Shown here: positions 1-12,079 of the stretch, piece by piece
Layout: each line of letters starts with the position of its first letter
Position numbering within the stretch: position 1 is the stretch's first letter
Assembly (NCBI GenBank): GCA_965112155.1
Contig: OZ218101.1
Source: Podarcis liolepis
Lineage: Eukaryota
DNA length: 64,000 bases
Reading direction: 5' to 3' (one strand)
Notes under the pieces: model-generated
What the model saw: only the letters and a program-made list of their open reading frames with translations
Told to the model about the DNA's origin: nothing
Database searches by the model: none
Translations under genes and position numbers: made by a program

Positions 1-475
1 GTTAAACTTGTTCAATAAATTTTTTTTTAAAAAAAGTGTTTTATACACTACCATCACTTTTTGCTCTCTGTGAAACTATGGTTACAATTCCAAGCATACT
101 TGGGAGCAAGTCAGAATTCAAATAAGCTCCTGAGTGAACCGGGGGCAGACCAAACAGTAAAACCTCCAACATGACAATTAAGACTTCCCTGTAAACCTTG
201 TTAAGGCTAAGCTATGAAAGCATGTGTAGGAAAATGAGTGTACACCATATGTACTTAGAACAGAAAAAGCTCATAGTTGAAGTCCATAAGGGGAGGACTT
301 TGATAATGTCTCTGTTGCTGTGCACATCACCACCATCATCATCATTAATAAAAAACAATAATATCGGAGAGGATAGGACTAAAGAGCTCTTTGGCTGTGG
401 CTAATTTCTTGAGGGAGTAAGTGATTTGAGGCCCTGTAGCTCACCCTGTCAGCTCCCTTAGCTCCCTGTTAAATA

Positions 476-706
476 CAGTTGTACCTCGGGTTACAAACAC
501 TTCGGGTTACAGACTCCGCTAACCTGGAAGTAGTACCTCGGGTTAAGAACTTTGTCCCAGGATGAGAACACAAATCACACGGCGGCGGGGCAGCAGCAGC
601 AGGAGGCCCCATTAGCTAAAGTGGTACCTCAGGTTAAGAACACTTTCAGGTTAAGAACAGACCTCTGGAACGAATTACCGTAAGTTCGTAACCCAAGGTA
701 CCACTG
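476..706. mobile_element. Tc1/mariner (Tigger/pogo-like) MITE, copy 1
   Basis: TIRs CAGTTGTACCTCGGGTTAC ... GTAACCCAAGGTACCACTG with TA on both flanks; same family at 18675 and 30762. Confidence 0.9.
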
Positions 707-1215
707 TAATTAGTTACTGACTAAATACAAAGATAGTAACAAGGACAAGAGATACAGAGATGCAAGCAATACTGCACTCAACTCACAAAGTAGTCTAACA
801 AGTATTATTGGTATACATCATCCTTTGCCAACCTAGTGCTCTCCAGATGTTTTGGACTACAACTTCCATCAGCCCTAGCCAGCAGACATCTACAGGGCAC
901 CAGGTTAGTAAAGGTGGTTGTACTTTGTGCTTTTGTTATATGCACAGATACCTAGATGTCTGAAAGCTAGACCTAAGTTTATGGTAAAAAATAAGCCTAA
1001 CAATTCTTAGTGCAGAACAAAAGTTAGGAACTGCAGGCCCAGAAGACAAATATAGTAGTCCAGGCCTTTTTAACCAGACCATACTCCTCACCTGCCTTCT
1101 TCTACATCCTTCTCAAGTGCTTATGCCAGACTGGCATCTACCCCTGAACTATGATACCCTCTATCCACTTCCTTGCCTGGATAGAGGAGTGTGTGTATTG
1201 AACATTACTACATTA

Positions 1216-1541
1216 AAGGTAAAGGGACTCCTGACCATTAGGTCCAGTCGTGGCTGACTCTGGGGTTGCGGCACTCGTCTCGCTTTACTGGTATCATGTG
1301 GCCAGCATGACTAAGCCGCTTCTGGCGAACCAGAGCAGCACACGAAAATGCCGTTTACCTTCCCGCCAGAGCGGTACCTATTTATCTACTTGCACTTTGA
1401 CGTGCTTTCGAACTGCTAGGTTGGCAGGAGCAGAGACCGAGCAATGGGAGCTCACTCCGTCGCGGGGATTTGAACCACGGACCTTCTGATTGGCAAGTCC
1501 TGGGCTCTGTGGTTTAACCCACAGTGCCAACCACGTCCCCT
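1216..1541 (-). mobile_element. Sauria SINE (Squam1/POM type)
   Basis: tRNA-like head at the right end, (ACCTTT)n tail seen as AAAGGTAAAGG on +; 12-bp TSD ATTACTACATTA at 1204-1215 and 1542-1553. Confidence 0.95.
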
Positions 1542-3650
1542 ATTACTACATTAGGTGTATTAAATTCAGTGGGTCTCTTCTGAGTATTTAGTCTACTCAG
1601 ATGGTATTTAGTTGAATACCATCCTAAGAGTTACATCTCTTGCTCTACACATTTTTGCCACTGGCCCTGTCTTTTGTTCTGGCTCTAGTGGCATGTGGAC
1701 TCTGGAAGCTTACTCACAAGTTGAAAAATGTCCCGGCTCCCTGGCTCCCCTTGGAGCCAGCATACACTCTGGTGGGTGGGCTGGATCCGTTTGTGCCAGG
1801 ACAGGCAGCAATGCATCCTTGGCAAAAAGACCTGGGTCAGTCCTTCCAAGTCCCCTTCTTACTGTAGTGCAGCTGGCCCCACTGATTCACTGCCCAGCTC
1901 TTTGGCTACCATGGAAGTCTCACTGTCCAAAGCCAGGATAGGCACTGTGTCAAAAAGTTTTTCCTCTCCTGTGATGTCTGAAATGATAGACACCACACAC
2001 ACCCTCAACTTGCTACTTAGGCTTCATGATAATAATAAAAATGTCCTTTACCCTGGTGCAGGATAAAAGGAGCCATGGCACATTTCCAGCAGAATTTGCT
2101 CAGAGGCAGAAGGGTAGTGTCAAACAAAAAGATGGGCAAAGAACATAAACAGAACAATAAGGTGTATAATAATTTAGTATTTATACACATATATGCACAA
2201 GCTTTTGCTTATTTCATTTATATCCTGCCTTTCTTGAGAGGGAACTCAAGGCAGAACTTACAGTTTGTTCCACAATCTCCCATACTCTGCTTAACTTCAC
2301 CAATATTGTAATGTGCAGCTTAGGTTCCCAGCACCAAGCTGTGCAACCTTCTCTGGCAGCTCTTGATAGAATTGAATACTTGAACTGAAACATTTATAGA
2401 TGAAGATGCAAGTGTGTCTCATTTCCTTAACAAATATGCCTGAAATAAATGTTGTTCCTTTTTTATTTGAGTTTTTGCTTCTTTATACTCTACAGGAGTC
2501 TTTTTTAGACTAAACATGGAAAAAGTTACTACGGACTCTCAATTTCCTTTTATAAATTGCATGCAATATATTTCATTTATAGTCATCAATTGTGTGCTCA
2601 TAATTCAGCCCCAAATGGGAGTTTCTATAATAAACTGTTTTGTTGGCTTATTCAGTAAACTGGTAGAGGCAAGTTCCAATTTTATGAGATTTATTACCTG
2701 TGTTGCTGGATGACCTTAGCATCTTGTTCTCTTTCTCCTGGTGATGAGAATTAAGAGTTATTACCGAGTGCAATGGAGACTTCTGATGCTGTTCCAGCTT
2801 TAAATGGTTTAACTCAGGGAACTAGGAGGCTTTAACACTGTCTGTTATGAGGAGAGAAAGTCATTTCTTTGATTTAAATAGGCAATTGAGAAAGGTTAAC
2901 TCAACATTTTTTTTAGAATATAATAAATATCTTCCCTTGTTTCATTATTATTACTTTTAACTGAGGGCTGGTTTCTGTATTAACAACTGTGCAGTAAATC
3001 CACATCATATGGGTGCTTCACAATGTATGCAATAATCTGTTTCCCTCTCATTTTCACATGGCCCCCATTGTGCACATTTAACCTTTCCATTGTAGTTGAT
3101 GCGATGTTTTGTATAGATAAAATAGGAATACTCAATTGCTGGGAACACATCAGAAGCATAGGCATATTCAAAGCAACATTAAAATCAGTGTGGATGTTCT
3201 CTTGACATCTCAGAGTACAATTATAGATATGCCTGAAATAAGTTCAGCAACACATTAATATAAGAAATGAAAATATGAAGTACATTCAGATACTTATAAA
3301 ATGCACCCAAAGTGCGTGCCTAAAGTAAGCAAACTTTACATCCTTAAATTGTTACTTAAGGATAGTTTACCAAATCACTTTACATTTGTTTTTTCTGTGC
3401 AGTTCCCTGTGACAAGGAAAATTAGTACCTGAAACTTCAACAAAAGTGATAAGCAGCTTGTACATAACTGGACTTTCCAGTTGCTGTTATTTTATTCAGT
3501 CATAGCTGTCCTGGTATTTACTTCATTCAGTGGTTCTTTGGGCCTAGGAGACCTGGGTTGACATGTTTATTTTCTGTATTTGTAAGGATGTGTGGAAAAT
3601 CTGTTCATGTTCCAGAGGTTCAAAGAGCAGCGTGGGGCTGTTTGAAAGCC

Positions 3651-3755
3651 CTCTGGGAGATGGAAGTAGTTTCCATTGAAACCATTGTTAAAATGGAGGG
3701 AGTTTTTCTCCATTTTAGCAGAGGTTTCAATGGAAATCACTTCCCCTTTCCAGAG
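3651..3755. repeat. Palindromic fold-back element (~105 bp)
   Basis: GAAGTAGTTTCCATTGAAACC pairs with GGTTTCAATGGAAATCACTTC; inner arms TGTTAAAATGGAG / CTCCATTTTAGCA. Confidence 0.8.
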
Positions 3756-4203
3756 TAAGGCATGTCCTCACTGCCCACCAGCTGATGGCTTACCTTCCAA
3801 CATTTATCTGATGAAAATAGGGACTTCCTATTCCATAATAGTAATAATAACAATAATTTTTTTAATGTAAAATGTTAACTTAAAGACATACCCATAACTT
3901 AAAGACATTGATCTTCCATAAAACATATTTTGCTGCATCTGTGCAAAATATGAGCAAGCCAGGGCTGAACTGATATTACCCTTGCTGGTACCTTTCCCTG
4001 GAAAATCAGAGGCTCACTATGTAAGGTTCCTATTGGAAGACCTGATAAACGCTAGAACATTAGCAGTGGCAAAGCTTTTATCAGTGGTTGCAAGAACCAA
4101 TGATCCCTATCTTTTGAACAAAATGCTTGTTTAACCTGGAGGTAGGCTGTATGAATTGTGCATTGCTTTGTAACAATTTGTTGGGTCTCTGGACCATAAT
4201 AAA

Positions 4204-4234
<31 letters not shown>

Positions 4235-4408
4235 AATATTTTTTTTATTTATACCCTGCCCCTCTGACTGGGTTTCCTCAGCCACTCTGGGCAACTGCCA
4301 ACATATATAAAAACGTAATAAAACATTAAACACTAAAAAAAAGAAATCCCTTCTTCTGAAGGCTGTATAGTTATCACTTATGTCTTTGGATCGGGGGTCA
4401 CATAACTC
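4204..4408 (-). mobile_element. L2-type LINE 3' end with (GATT)n tail
   Basis: (GATT)n microsatellite followed by TTTATACCCTGCCCCTCTGACTGGGTTTCCTCAGCCACTCTGGGC, typical of the reverse-complemented squamate L2 3' terminus. Confidence 0.6.
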
Positions 4409-4409
4409 T

Positions 4410-4590
4410 AAACCCTTCAACATTTTTCTGATGAAAATAGGGACACTCTTCCATACCTTCCAACATTTCTCTGATGGAAATAAGAACATCCTAAGAAAAA
4501 TTGTGACATCCTGCGATCAATCAGAAACCAGGACGGCTTCTGTAAATCTGGAACTGTCCCTGGAAAAGAGGGGCACTTGGAGGGTCTGTG
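4410..4590. mobile_element. MITE remnant (CCTTCCAAC...TTGGAGGG family)
   Basis: Motif resembling CAACATTT-TCTGATGAAAATAGGGAC occurs twice here and once near 3794-3825. Confidence 0.55.
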
Positions 4591-5686
4591 ATGTGGGGCG
4601 GGGTTAAGAGCACAGCTTGCTCCAGCAAAGGAGCAGTCAGGATCTTAAAGTGAAGTCAGGTCTGGGGCCAATGGGTATGATTTAGGAAAAACAGCTTCAT
4701 AGCCCAAACAGCTTCACCCCCTTGCATGCCAGGTTTGGTGTGTGGACCAGAGGTTCCCCACACCGGTAGACCATGATCCCACCTCTGCTGTGTAAGAGTC
4801 TATATTGACTCCATCTCAACCCACCAGGATATGCCCTGATTCTTCATAATAAAAACAAATTAAAAGGATATTCAAATACACTATCAAGCCTGGTTTTCTG
4901 TGGCTGCTCTCCTGGCACTGATACTAAAAATATTTCCTAGTATTTTTCTGAAAAGAACATGGGTTCATCATAGAAGTATACTGCAGAGATGTTAATGCCC
5001 ATAGAAGTGCACATTTTTGTGCTAGTTCTATGTTATTCCTGAAAGTTTATTCATAATTACATTCTTCATGAAATGATGTGCTCCTACATTCTGCAGAAAG
5101 TCACTGTTACACTTTCTAGATGCTCATAAGATTGCCAAATTGCCAGTATTTTACTGGTCCAGTCACAATTGACCAGTCAATGAATCAGTATTGTAGGCTA
5201 AAATCCTAGTAAAATGTGGATTTTACCAAACTGCAATGAGGACCTGCCACATTCTGCCAACCATCACCCATATGCCAGCAGTTGGTTTAGTCCTGAGTTT
5301 CCTTTGATTCACCAGATTCTACTCTGGCTGTGTTCCTTAGCATTAGCATTTTTGAAAATATGCAACTGGCGACACTAACTTCTGAATGTAAATTATTCTG
5401 AGGGTGTTGGCTTTCAGACTTCACAAGAATGCAAAGGAGGGGAGCATAATGCCTGAGCAAGCCTAGAGTAGGATCTTATGCTTGGCTTTAGACAGTTACA
5501 GTGCAGATTATATAGGCCTCCACAGAAGTAAGCCAGTGTAGTGTATATTGGATTGCAGTTTTAGAGTCATACTATACAAGATCTTCTCCTGGGCTGCTAA
5601 TCTGGCCTGCTGTTTCAGGTGTGATGGAGGAAGCTATTGCATCACCAGTGTTTTAGGAAGATACAATTAGCATTCCAACTGGCTTC

Positions 5687-5772
5687 TAGCTTCGAGAACA
5701 CTATCCAACCATCTCGTCCTCTGTCGTCCCCTTCTCCTTGTGCCCTCCATATTTCCCAACATCAGGGTCTTT
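5687..5772 (-). mobile_element. Bov-B (RTE) internal fragment, no tail
   Basis: Reverse complement closely matches the Bov-B copies at 42165-42250 and 46690-46775 (KTLMLGxMEGTRRRGRQRTRWLDSV). Confidence 0.9.
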
Positions 5773-6314
5773 AGGCCTCCCTTTCTTTAACTAGGGACTG
5801 AGAGGGAGGTCACCAGAAGCAATCTCAGTATGATGGTGGAAAGGTATCTTGCCACTGCTGTTTTCTAGTACTGCTCCACTGCAGTGAGACCAGAAATGGA
5901 CTTCGTAACAGAGACCATTGATTCTTAAGTTCCCAAGCATCCTGGCTACCCTTATCTGCTCCCCAACTAGGTAGGTGTCCACCAAGTGAAAGCCAAGCCT
6001 AGTCAACTCCCCACCTCAAAATAGTTTTGCTGTATCTTTCCAGTTAAGACAAAGCAAACATGATTTAGTAGATGACATTTTCCCCCACTAAATGTTACAC
6101 AAACTACGTTCCCTAAATCTTAGGACAATAAAATTCTACACAACATTAGAAAATTTGATTCAGACACTGCTAATCTATGCATCAGTTGTGGAAACACACA
6201 GAGCCTACTTTTTCTTATTGTGGTATTAGTGGGCTACAGGTCAGGGCTATTACCAATAGAAAGAAGGACCAGAGGGAGTTAGCTGCTCCCCTGGCAATTA
6301 TCCCACCTCCTTAG

Positions 6315-6391
6315 GAAGATATCACATCATGAGAACTCTTGTTCCATTTTATTCCCATGAACCATTATTCTTTGAAGATGTTTGTTCCTGA
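6315..6391 (+). other. Candidate terminal exon of an unidentified gene
   Basis: Acceptor TCCCACCTCCTTAG|G; phase-1 reading RYHIMRTLVPFYSHEPLFFEDVCS*; followed by AT-rich unique sequence with AATAAA near 6617. No homologue recognised. Confidence 0.2.
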
Positions 6392-7217
6392 ACTTGGCTT
6401 TTGGATTTCAAGCACGTTGCATGCCATTTCAGCATATTCATCAGTCTGCAGCATTCTTGATATAAGCAAATCTTTCTTTTGTCCTTCACCTCATAGGAAG
6501 AAATTCTGTCATCACTCAAATGCAACTGACCAACAATCTAGCAACTTTCTTAAACAGCCCCTGCTTCCATTAAATGTGTGAGAAAGTACTAAAGTGGTCA
6601 GTGACAGCAGTTTTATAATAAACAGAAGGGCAGTACATTTTGACATGTAACAGCTGACTAGCGTCTATGTACTGTCTGTTATCTTCACTATGCACAGCAC
6701 AATTTATTAGGGATTTCCTTTTCCTTCTCCCAAGAGAACCTTCATTAAAATCACCAAGGCCATTTACAAAGTCTACAGTAGATTAGACATTCTTATCTAA
6801 TTTAGGTTAAAAATACTTCAGATTTCTTGCCTTTGCTTATAAAACATGCTTTTGTAGTCTCAAGAAACAAGCAAAAGGTAAATTTCAACCTAGGGAAGTT
6901 CAAATACTAAACTGGATCAAACATGGCCAGGTTGTGATAAAGTAGTGCTCAGATGTCTATTTTTTGGCATTTGAGGGAACCCAACTTTGCATGTATTTTA
7001 GTAGAACAAAAGGTTTGCCCTGTCCTTTGTATGCTTAAAATTGCATAAAACTCTATGAAGAGAAAGAGAGAACTTATTGGTTTTTCCTTAAATGTTTTGT
7101 CATTGCCAAGTATAAATGGTTATTTCCCATAACATTCAAAGCCTTGCTATATGCTGTTCAAAGCCACCCGCAGAACTGAAATCATAATTCCAGGAAATAT
7201 TTTACCGTGGAAATTTA

Positions 7218-7308
7218 GGCTGCAATTCTATATACATCTGAGAGTAAGTCCAGTTGAGCTGAATGATTTTTAATTCTGAGTACTGTAAATACATATAGAA
7301 TTGCACTG
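7218..7308. mobile_element. Palindromic PIF/Harbinger-like MITE (GGCTGCAATCC family)
   Basis: TTA-GGCTGCAATTC...GAATTGCACTG-TTA with internal AAGTCC/TGA palindrome; related copies near 100-135, 13650-13708, 16880-17302, 30700-30985, 38750-38825, 55835-55895. Confidence 0.6.
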
Positions 7309-7658
7309 TTAATTTACACTAGTTATACTGTAACTTAGAGATTATGTCACAGGTTCTTCTATACTAGTTTTAATATATTTAAAAACAGATAATATTTAAA
7401 AACATGTCCTTGCTTTTTTATTTGCTTTGGACCAAAAAAGAATGAGCAACTAAAGCAGTGGTTCTCAAACTTTTTTCTCTGATCCACACTTTCTGAATAA
7501 AAATTGGCTTATGCCACACCAATTTGTTATTGATAAGAAATACACTGGAAAACAAAAAGAAACAACTCCTAGCAGTGCTTGATTTATAACATAGAACACA
7601 GCATTTTGAAAAGATATCTACCCATACTTTGCAAATATATTTATTTTTTGATACTATA

Positions 7659-7916
7659 CTATAATATACTGGGCTGGAAAGGCAGAGAGCCAGGCCTGAT
7701 TTCTACTGGAATCCAAGGCTATGTCTATGGGAGAAGCAGGACCTTCTTGGGGTGTTAATGCTGTGAACCTCTCCATCATACGCTCAGGTTGTATACATGT
7801 GTAAATAAACCGTGTATCATAAAGACACCACAGTCTCTGCTGTGCGTGATTTAACATGAAACACAAACCCTGGGAGAGCCTGGAACTCCTGGAATCTCAC
7901 ACAGATCAGAGCAACA
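7659..7916 (+). mobile_element. Partial LTR (R/U5-like portion)
   Basis: TATA-like TATAATATA, AATAAA at ~7804, ends in ...AGCAACA; sits among hAT-like MITE fragments (7457-, 7915-8082). Confidence 0.45.
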
Positions 7917-9544
7917 GTGCTTTCTAGGTAAAAAAAAATGAGGTGCCAGTTCTCCTGTTTCCCAGCATAAAGTGCCGTGTGTGCCAGCATAAAATGGCTG
8001 CCGTGGGCAGCAAAAACAAGCAGTGCCAGTACTCTATATCAATACTCTATACCAGTGAGTAGTGTCACACAAAAGAGCCCTAACCGTGTATAGATAATAA
8101 TACACAGAATACTGATCAGGAGCTGAGGCTAGCAGGTTGGAACTCATCACTGAACCAAGGACACAGAAGATTACAGCTGAGACACATAGCTCAGACACAT
8201 TTGCTCTTTAATGTTACTCCAGCATTATGAAAGGTTGAACTTCTATTTGTGTGTGTATTTTTTTGAGAGAGTTTTTTTAAAAAAATCAAATTTATATATG
8301 ATTACATAAGAACATGCTTTAGCTGCCCAAGTTATTGCACTACCTGTAGTTTTAGAAAATAATAGCTGCTTCTTTAACCTTTATGTGCAGCAGGAGCATC
8401 CAAACAATGATCACTCATGGAAGAATCAGCTCTGCAATAATAGGAATGTAATGTACCAAATAAACTCTTATTACACCTAGGTCACTGTTTAGTTTTATTT
8501 CCACAGACACTTAGTGGGCCATGCATAATGTCATTTATTTCTGTTCTAATTAGTTTGTGTTGCTCCTTGCTGAGGCTTGTAAACTTCTGCATCACTGCTC
8601 CAATTGTTGCTCTAATAAGGATCCGTAAGGGAGCTTTTTAATCTCTCCTTTCCCAAGAGTTCACCCTCTCATGCCAGCTTTTATAATTGTCCTTGGACAA
8701 TAAAGTATTTATGCTGAGAGGCACACATGTGAGCTATCGGGGCAGGAAAGGTGAATAGAGGTGCATTTATAGCTCTAAATTATGAGAACAAGATACTGTT
8801 TCAGCACATTAACCAACAATTTATCTGGAGAATAGTTTTTAATACATAACTGGCACAGAGATATTAAAGAAGCAAAAAGCATAAAAATGTATTTCTAAGA
8901 ATGGATACAGTCTCACATCAATTTAGCAATCCAGTGCAGCCATGAGGCTCCAAAGCACACCCTAATAATTTCTACCCCACATCTCCCAGGCTTCACTTGA
9001 ATTGAGCAGGAAGATTAAAGTGCAGAAAGGGTCCCAGAAGTAGTTCAGAGAAGGGCAATCCTGTGGGGTTCTCTCAACAGGACTGATATTTGTGTGTGTG
9101 ATTGATAGCAGAGGATGTTATCCAACGATATCTGCCTGCTTGCACATAGGAAATCTGCCTACATTACAGAACTTACAGTTGCTCTGCTCTGCTGTCCAGC
9201 CCCCATGCAGACCCAAAATCTCTTCCAGGTTGTCCCCCAAACCCCCAGAGCAAATTTTGAAGGGCACTCGAAAGGCTGTGAGGGGGAAGAGAGCAAGAAG
9301 TGCCATATCCTAAGTGGACACCCACTTTTACTACATTGGATCTCACCTAGAATAGGTAAGAAATTAGTAACCACATGATGTTACAGTGAATTCTCTTGGG
9401 GCAGTCTTTTTTTTATTAGACCTGGAAAACTAGTGTTCCCAGAACTATACTTGGCAGACTGAAAGAACTAATTACTTTGGTGCTCTTTATCTGGTTAAAA
9501 AAGTAAATAATAAAGCAGCCTATACTTAAAATCTTCAGGAGACA

Positions 9545-9766
9545 AACATTAAAACTATACTGTTGTCGAACGTATGAGGTGATATTATGATTCAATTCCA
9601 CTCTGAAGAACTGATGACCAAGATGCTGGCAGCAGCCAGAATATCCAAAGCACAACATTAAAACTATACTGTTGTCGAACGTATGAGGTGATATTATGAT
9701 TCAATTCCACTCTGAAGAACTGATGACCAAGATGCTGGCAGCAGCCAGAATATCCAAAGCACAACA
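9545..9766. repeat. Perfect 109-bp tandem duplication
   Basis: Unit AACATTAAAACTATACTG...CCAAAGCAC present twice without a visible mismatch; AACA microhomology at the junctions. Confidence 0.97.
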
Positions 9767-10776
9767 ATGGACAACATTTTAAAAATCTTACAGTTGTCTC
9801 TGTGGAATAAAAAACAGGTGGACGTTAGTAATTGCTGAACTTACCCTCCCACCCCCGCAAACCATGTATATCCGGAGGAAAGGAAACCCTGGAACATTTT
9901 TTGCAATATGGTGGGACTTTATATCTCACATCTTGTAAACACACAAATAGGATTCCCTGACAGCATTGCAAAAGGAGATTTGGATACTATAATATAGAAA
10001 CTAATGTAAGATTATTTGTAATTATATGTGCACATCATCTCTTGCAGCTTGTTTGTTCTGGATCCATAGGTGATGTTTGTTTAGTTCAGAAACCTGTGAG
10101 AAAATGTTAAATGTTAAGAGAGTGTTAAAACTGAATACAGGTAAAAAGCAAAAAACAAAACCCTACTCTGTTGTCCCCAGCATCTGCTTGCTTTACTGAA
10201 ATATTTAAGTAATCAAAGATTACCTTTCCTAGTGAATTAAAAATGATTTGTTCTGCTGTTATACGAGGAAAAATTCTTGACATTGACCTATTTTGTTCTT
10301 GAATTATTAAAAAAAAAATTCATTGTGCTGAATTTGGTGTCCTTGTTTAGAAGGTGAAGAATAATGCTAGGTTTTAAAATGACTCAAACATTCTGCTTTT
10401 TAACTCCACGAAGGCCATTTTGTATCACAATGCCTTTACTTCAAAGCTGTTGTAAAACTGTTTTTGTGGTTTCTGTGACACTTCATACATACATGTTCAT
10501 TACCTACAAAATCAAGCAATGATGTGTTTGTGTGCTTGATCAAGCCAACCACAAGGAAGGACGATAGTTCAGATCAAGTAGCATGTGATGAGAAAAACCT
10601 CTTTCTGAGACCTTGAAGAGCCTCTACCAATCTGAATATACTTCACTGAGATAGATAATTATGCAAGTTTTCTATTTTGACTTACACCCCTTTGTTTTTT
10701 AAAAAATGATATTTATTACTTTTCCAACAATTTAAAAACAACACAACAAACAAAAAAAGGAAAAACAAAAAAGAAC

Positions 10777-10823
10777 AATACAATACAATACAATACAATA
10801 CAATACAATACAATACAATACAA
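10777..10823 (+). repeat. (AATAC)n pentanucleotide microsatellite within the L1 3' UTR
   Basis: About 9 tandem AATAC units. Confidence 0.95.
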
Positions 10824-11119
10824 AAACACTAAATAACACTGACACATTAAACTAACATAACCAAACAAAAACAATTTAAAACACATTCCGTATCTGATCT
10901 TTCATTCACTTATTTCCACGACCTCCTCACACCTTCCTTTTTGTATTCCACTTCTATTAGTTGTTTCAGCAATTCCTTTCCATCTTCCTCTGTTTTCTAT
11001 CCTATAATTATCTTAACACATTCTAACCTTATTTTTCCTTTAATACTCTATTAATCTATTTATACTTATTTCCTTATAACATTTCTACTGAAGCCATATC
11101 ACTTCATTCCAACATTCTT

Positions 11120-12079
11120 CTAACATTCATTAATTTTACAGTGTTTCTGTAAATAGTCTTTAAACTTTTTCCAGTCTTCTTCCACCGACTCTTCTCCCTG
11201 GTCTCGGATTCTGCCAGTCATTTCCGCCAGTTCCATATAGTCCATCAACTTCATCTGCCATTCTTCCCTGGTGGGTAAATCTTGTGTCTTCCAATACTGC
11301 GCGATAAGTATTCTTGCTGCTGTTGTTGCATACATAAAAAAAGTTCTATCCTTCTTTAGCACCAATTGGCCGACCATGCCCAGGAGAAAGGCCTCTGGTT
11401 TCTTCAGGAAGGTATATTTAAATACCTTTTTCATTTCGTTATAAATCATCTCCCAGAATGTCTTAATCCTTGAGCATGTCCACCAAAGGTGAAAGAATGT
11501 ACCTTCAGTCTCATTACATTTCCAACATTTATTGTCGGGCAGATGGTAATTTTTTTCTAGCTTGACTGGTGTCATGTACCACCTATAAATCATTTTCATT
11601 AAATTTTCTCTTAGGGCATTACATGCCATAAATTTCATACCTGTGGTCCATAACTGTTCCCAGTCAGCCATCATTATGTTATGTCCAACATCTTGTGCCC
11701 ATTTAATCATAGCTGATTTCACCATTTCATCCTGAGTGTTCCATTTCAACAGCAAGTTATACATTCTTGACAAATTCTTGATTTTTGGATCTAACAATTC
11801 TGTTTCCAATTTTGATTTTTCCACCTGGAAACCAACTTTTTTGTCCAATTTATATGCCTCCATTATTTGGTAATAATGGAGCCAATCTCGCACTTTGTTT
11901 TTCAATTTTTCAAAGCTCTGCAATTTTATTCTGTCTCCATCTTGTTCCAGAATTTCCCAATATTTCGGCCATTTGGCCTCCATATTGAGTTTTTTCTGTG
12001 CCTTCGCTTCCATTGGCAACAACCATCTTGGGGTTTTCTTTTCTAGCAAATCCTTATATCTTATCCAAACATTAAACAA
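11120..12079 (-). pseudogene. L1 ORF2p C-terminal fragment
   Basis: Cys-rich CX2CX7HX4C motif; same frame continues upstream through one TGG>TGA stop near 12135. Confidence 0.9.

Noticed and set aside
446-466. Collagen-like micro-exon (GAKGADR) on the minus strand
   Set aside because: Acceptor context is supplied by the adjacent MITE and no other Gly-X-Y exons are visible.
9601-9650. CTGAAGA/CTGATGA as a hammerhead core
   Set aside because: No GAAA after the putative stem II.
9545-9766. CRISPR-like repeat
   Set aside because: Two adjacent identical units with no spacers, in a vertebrate genome.
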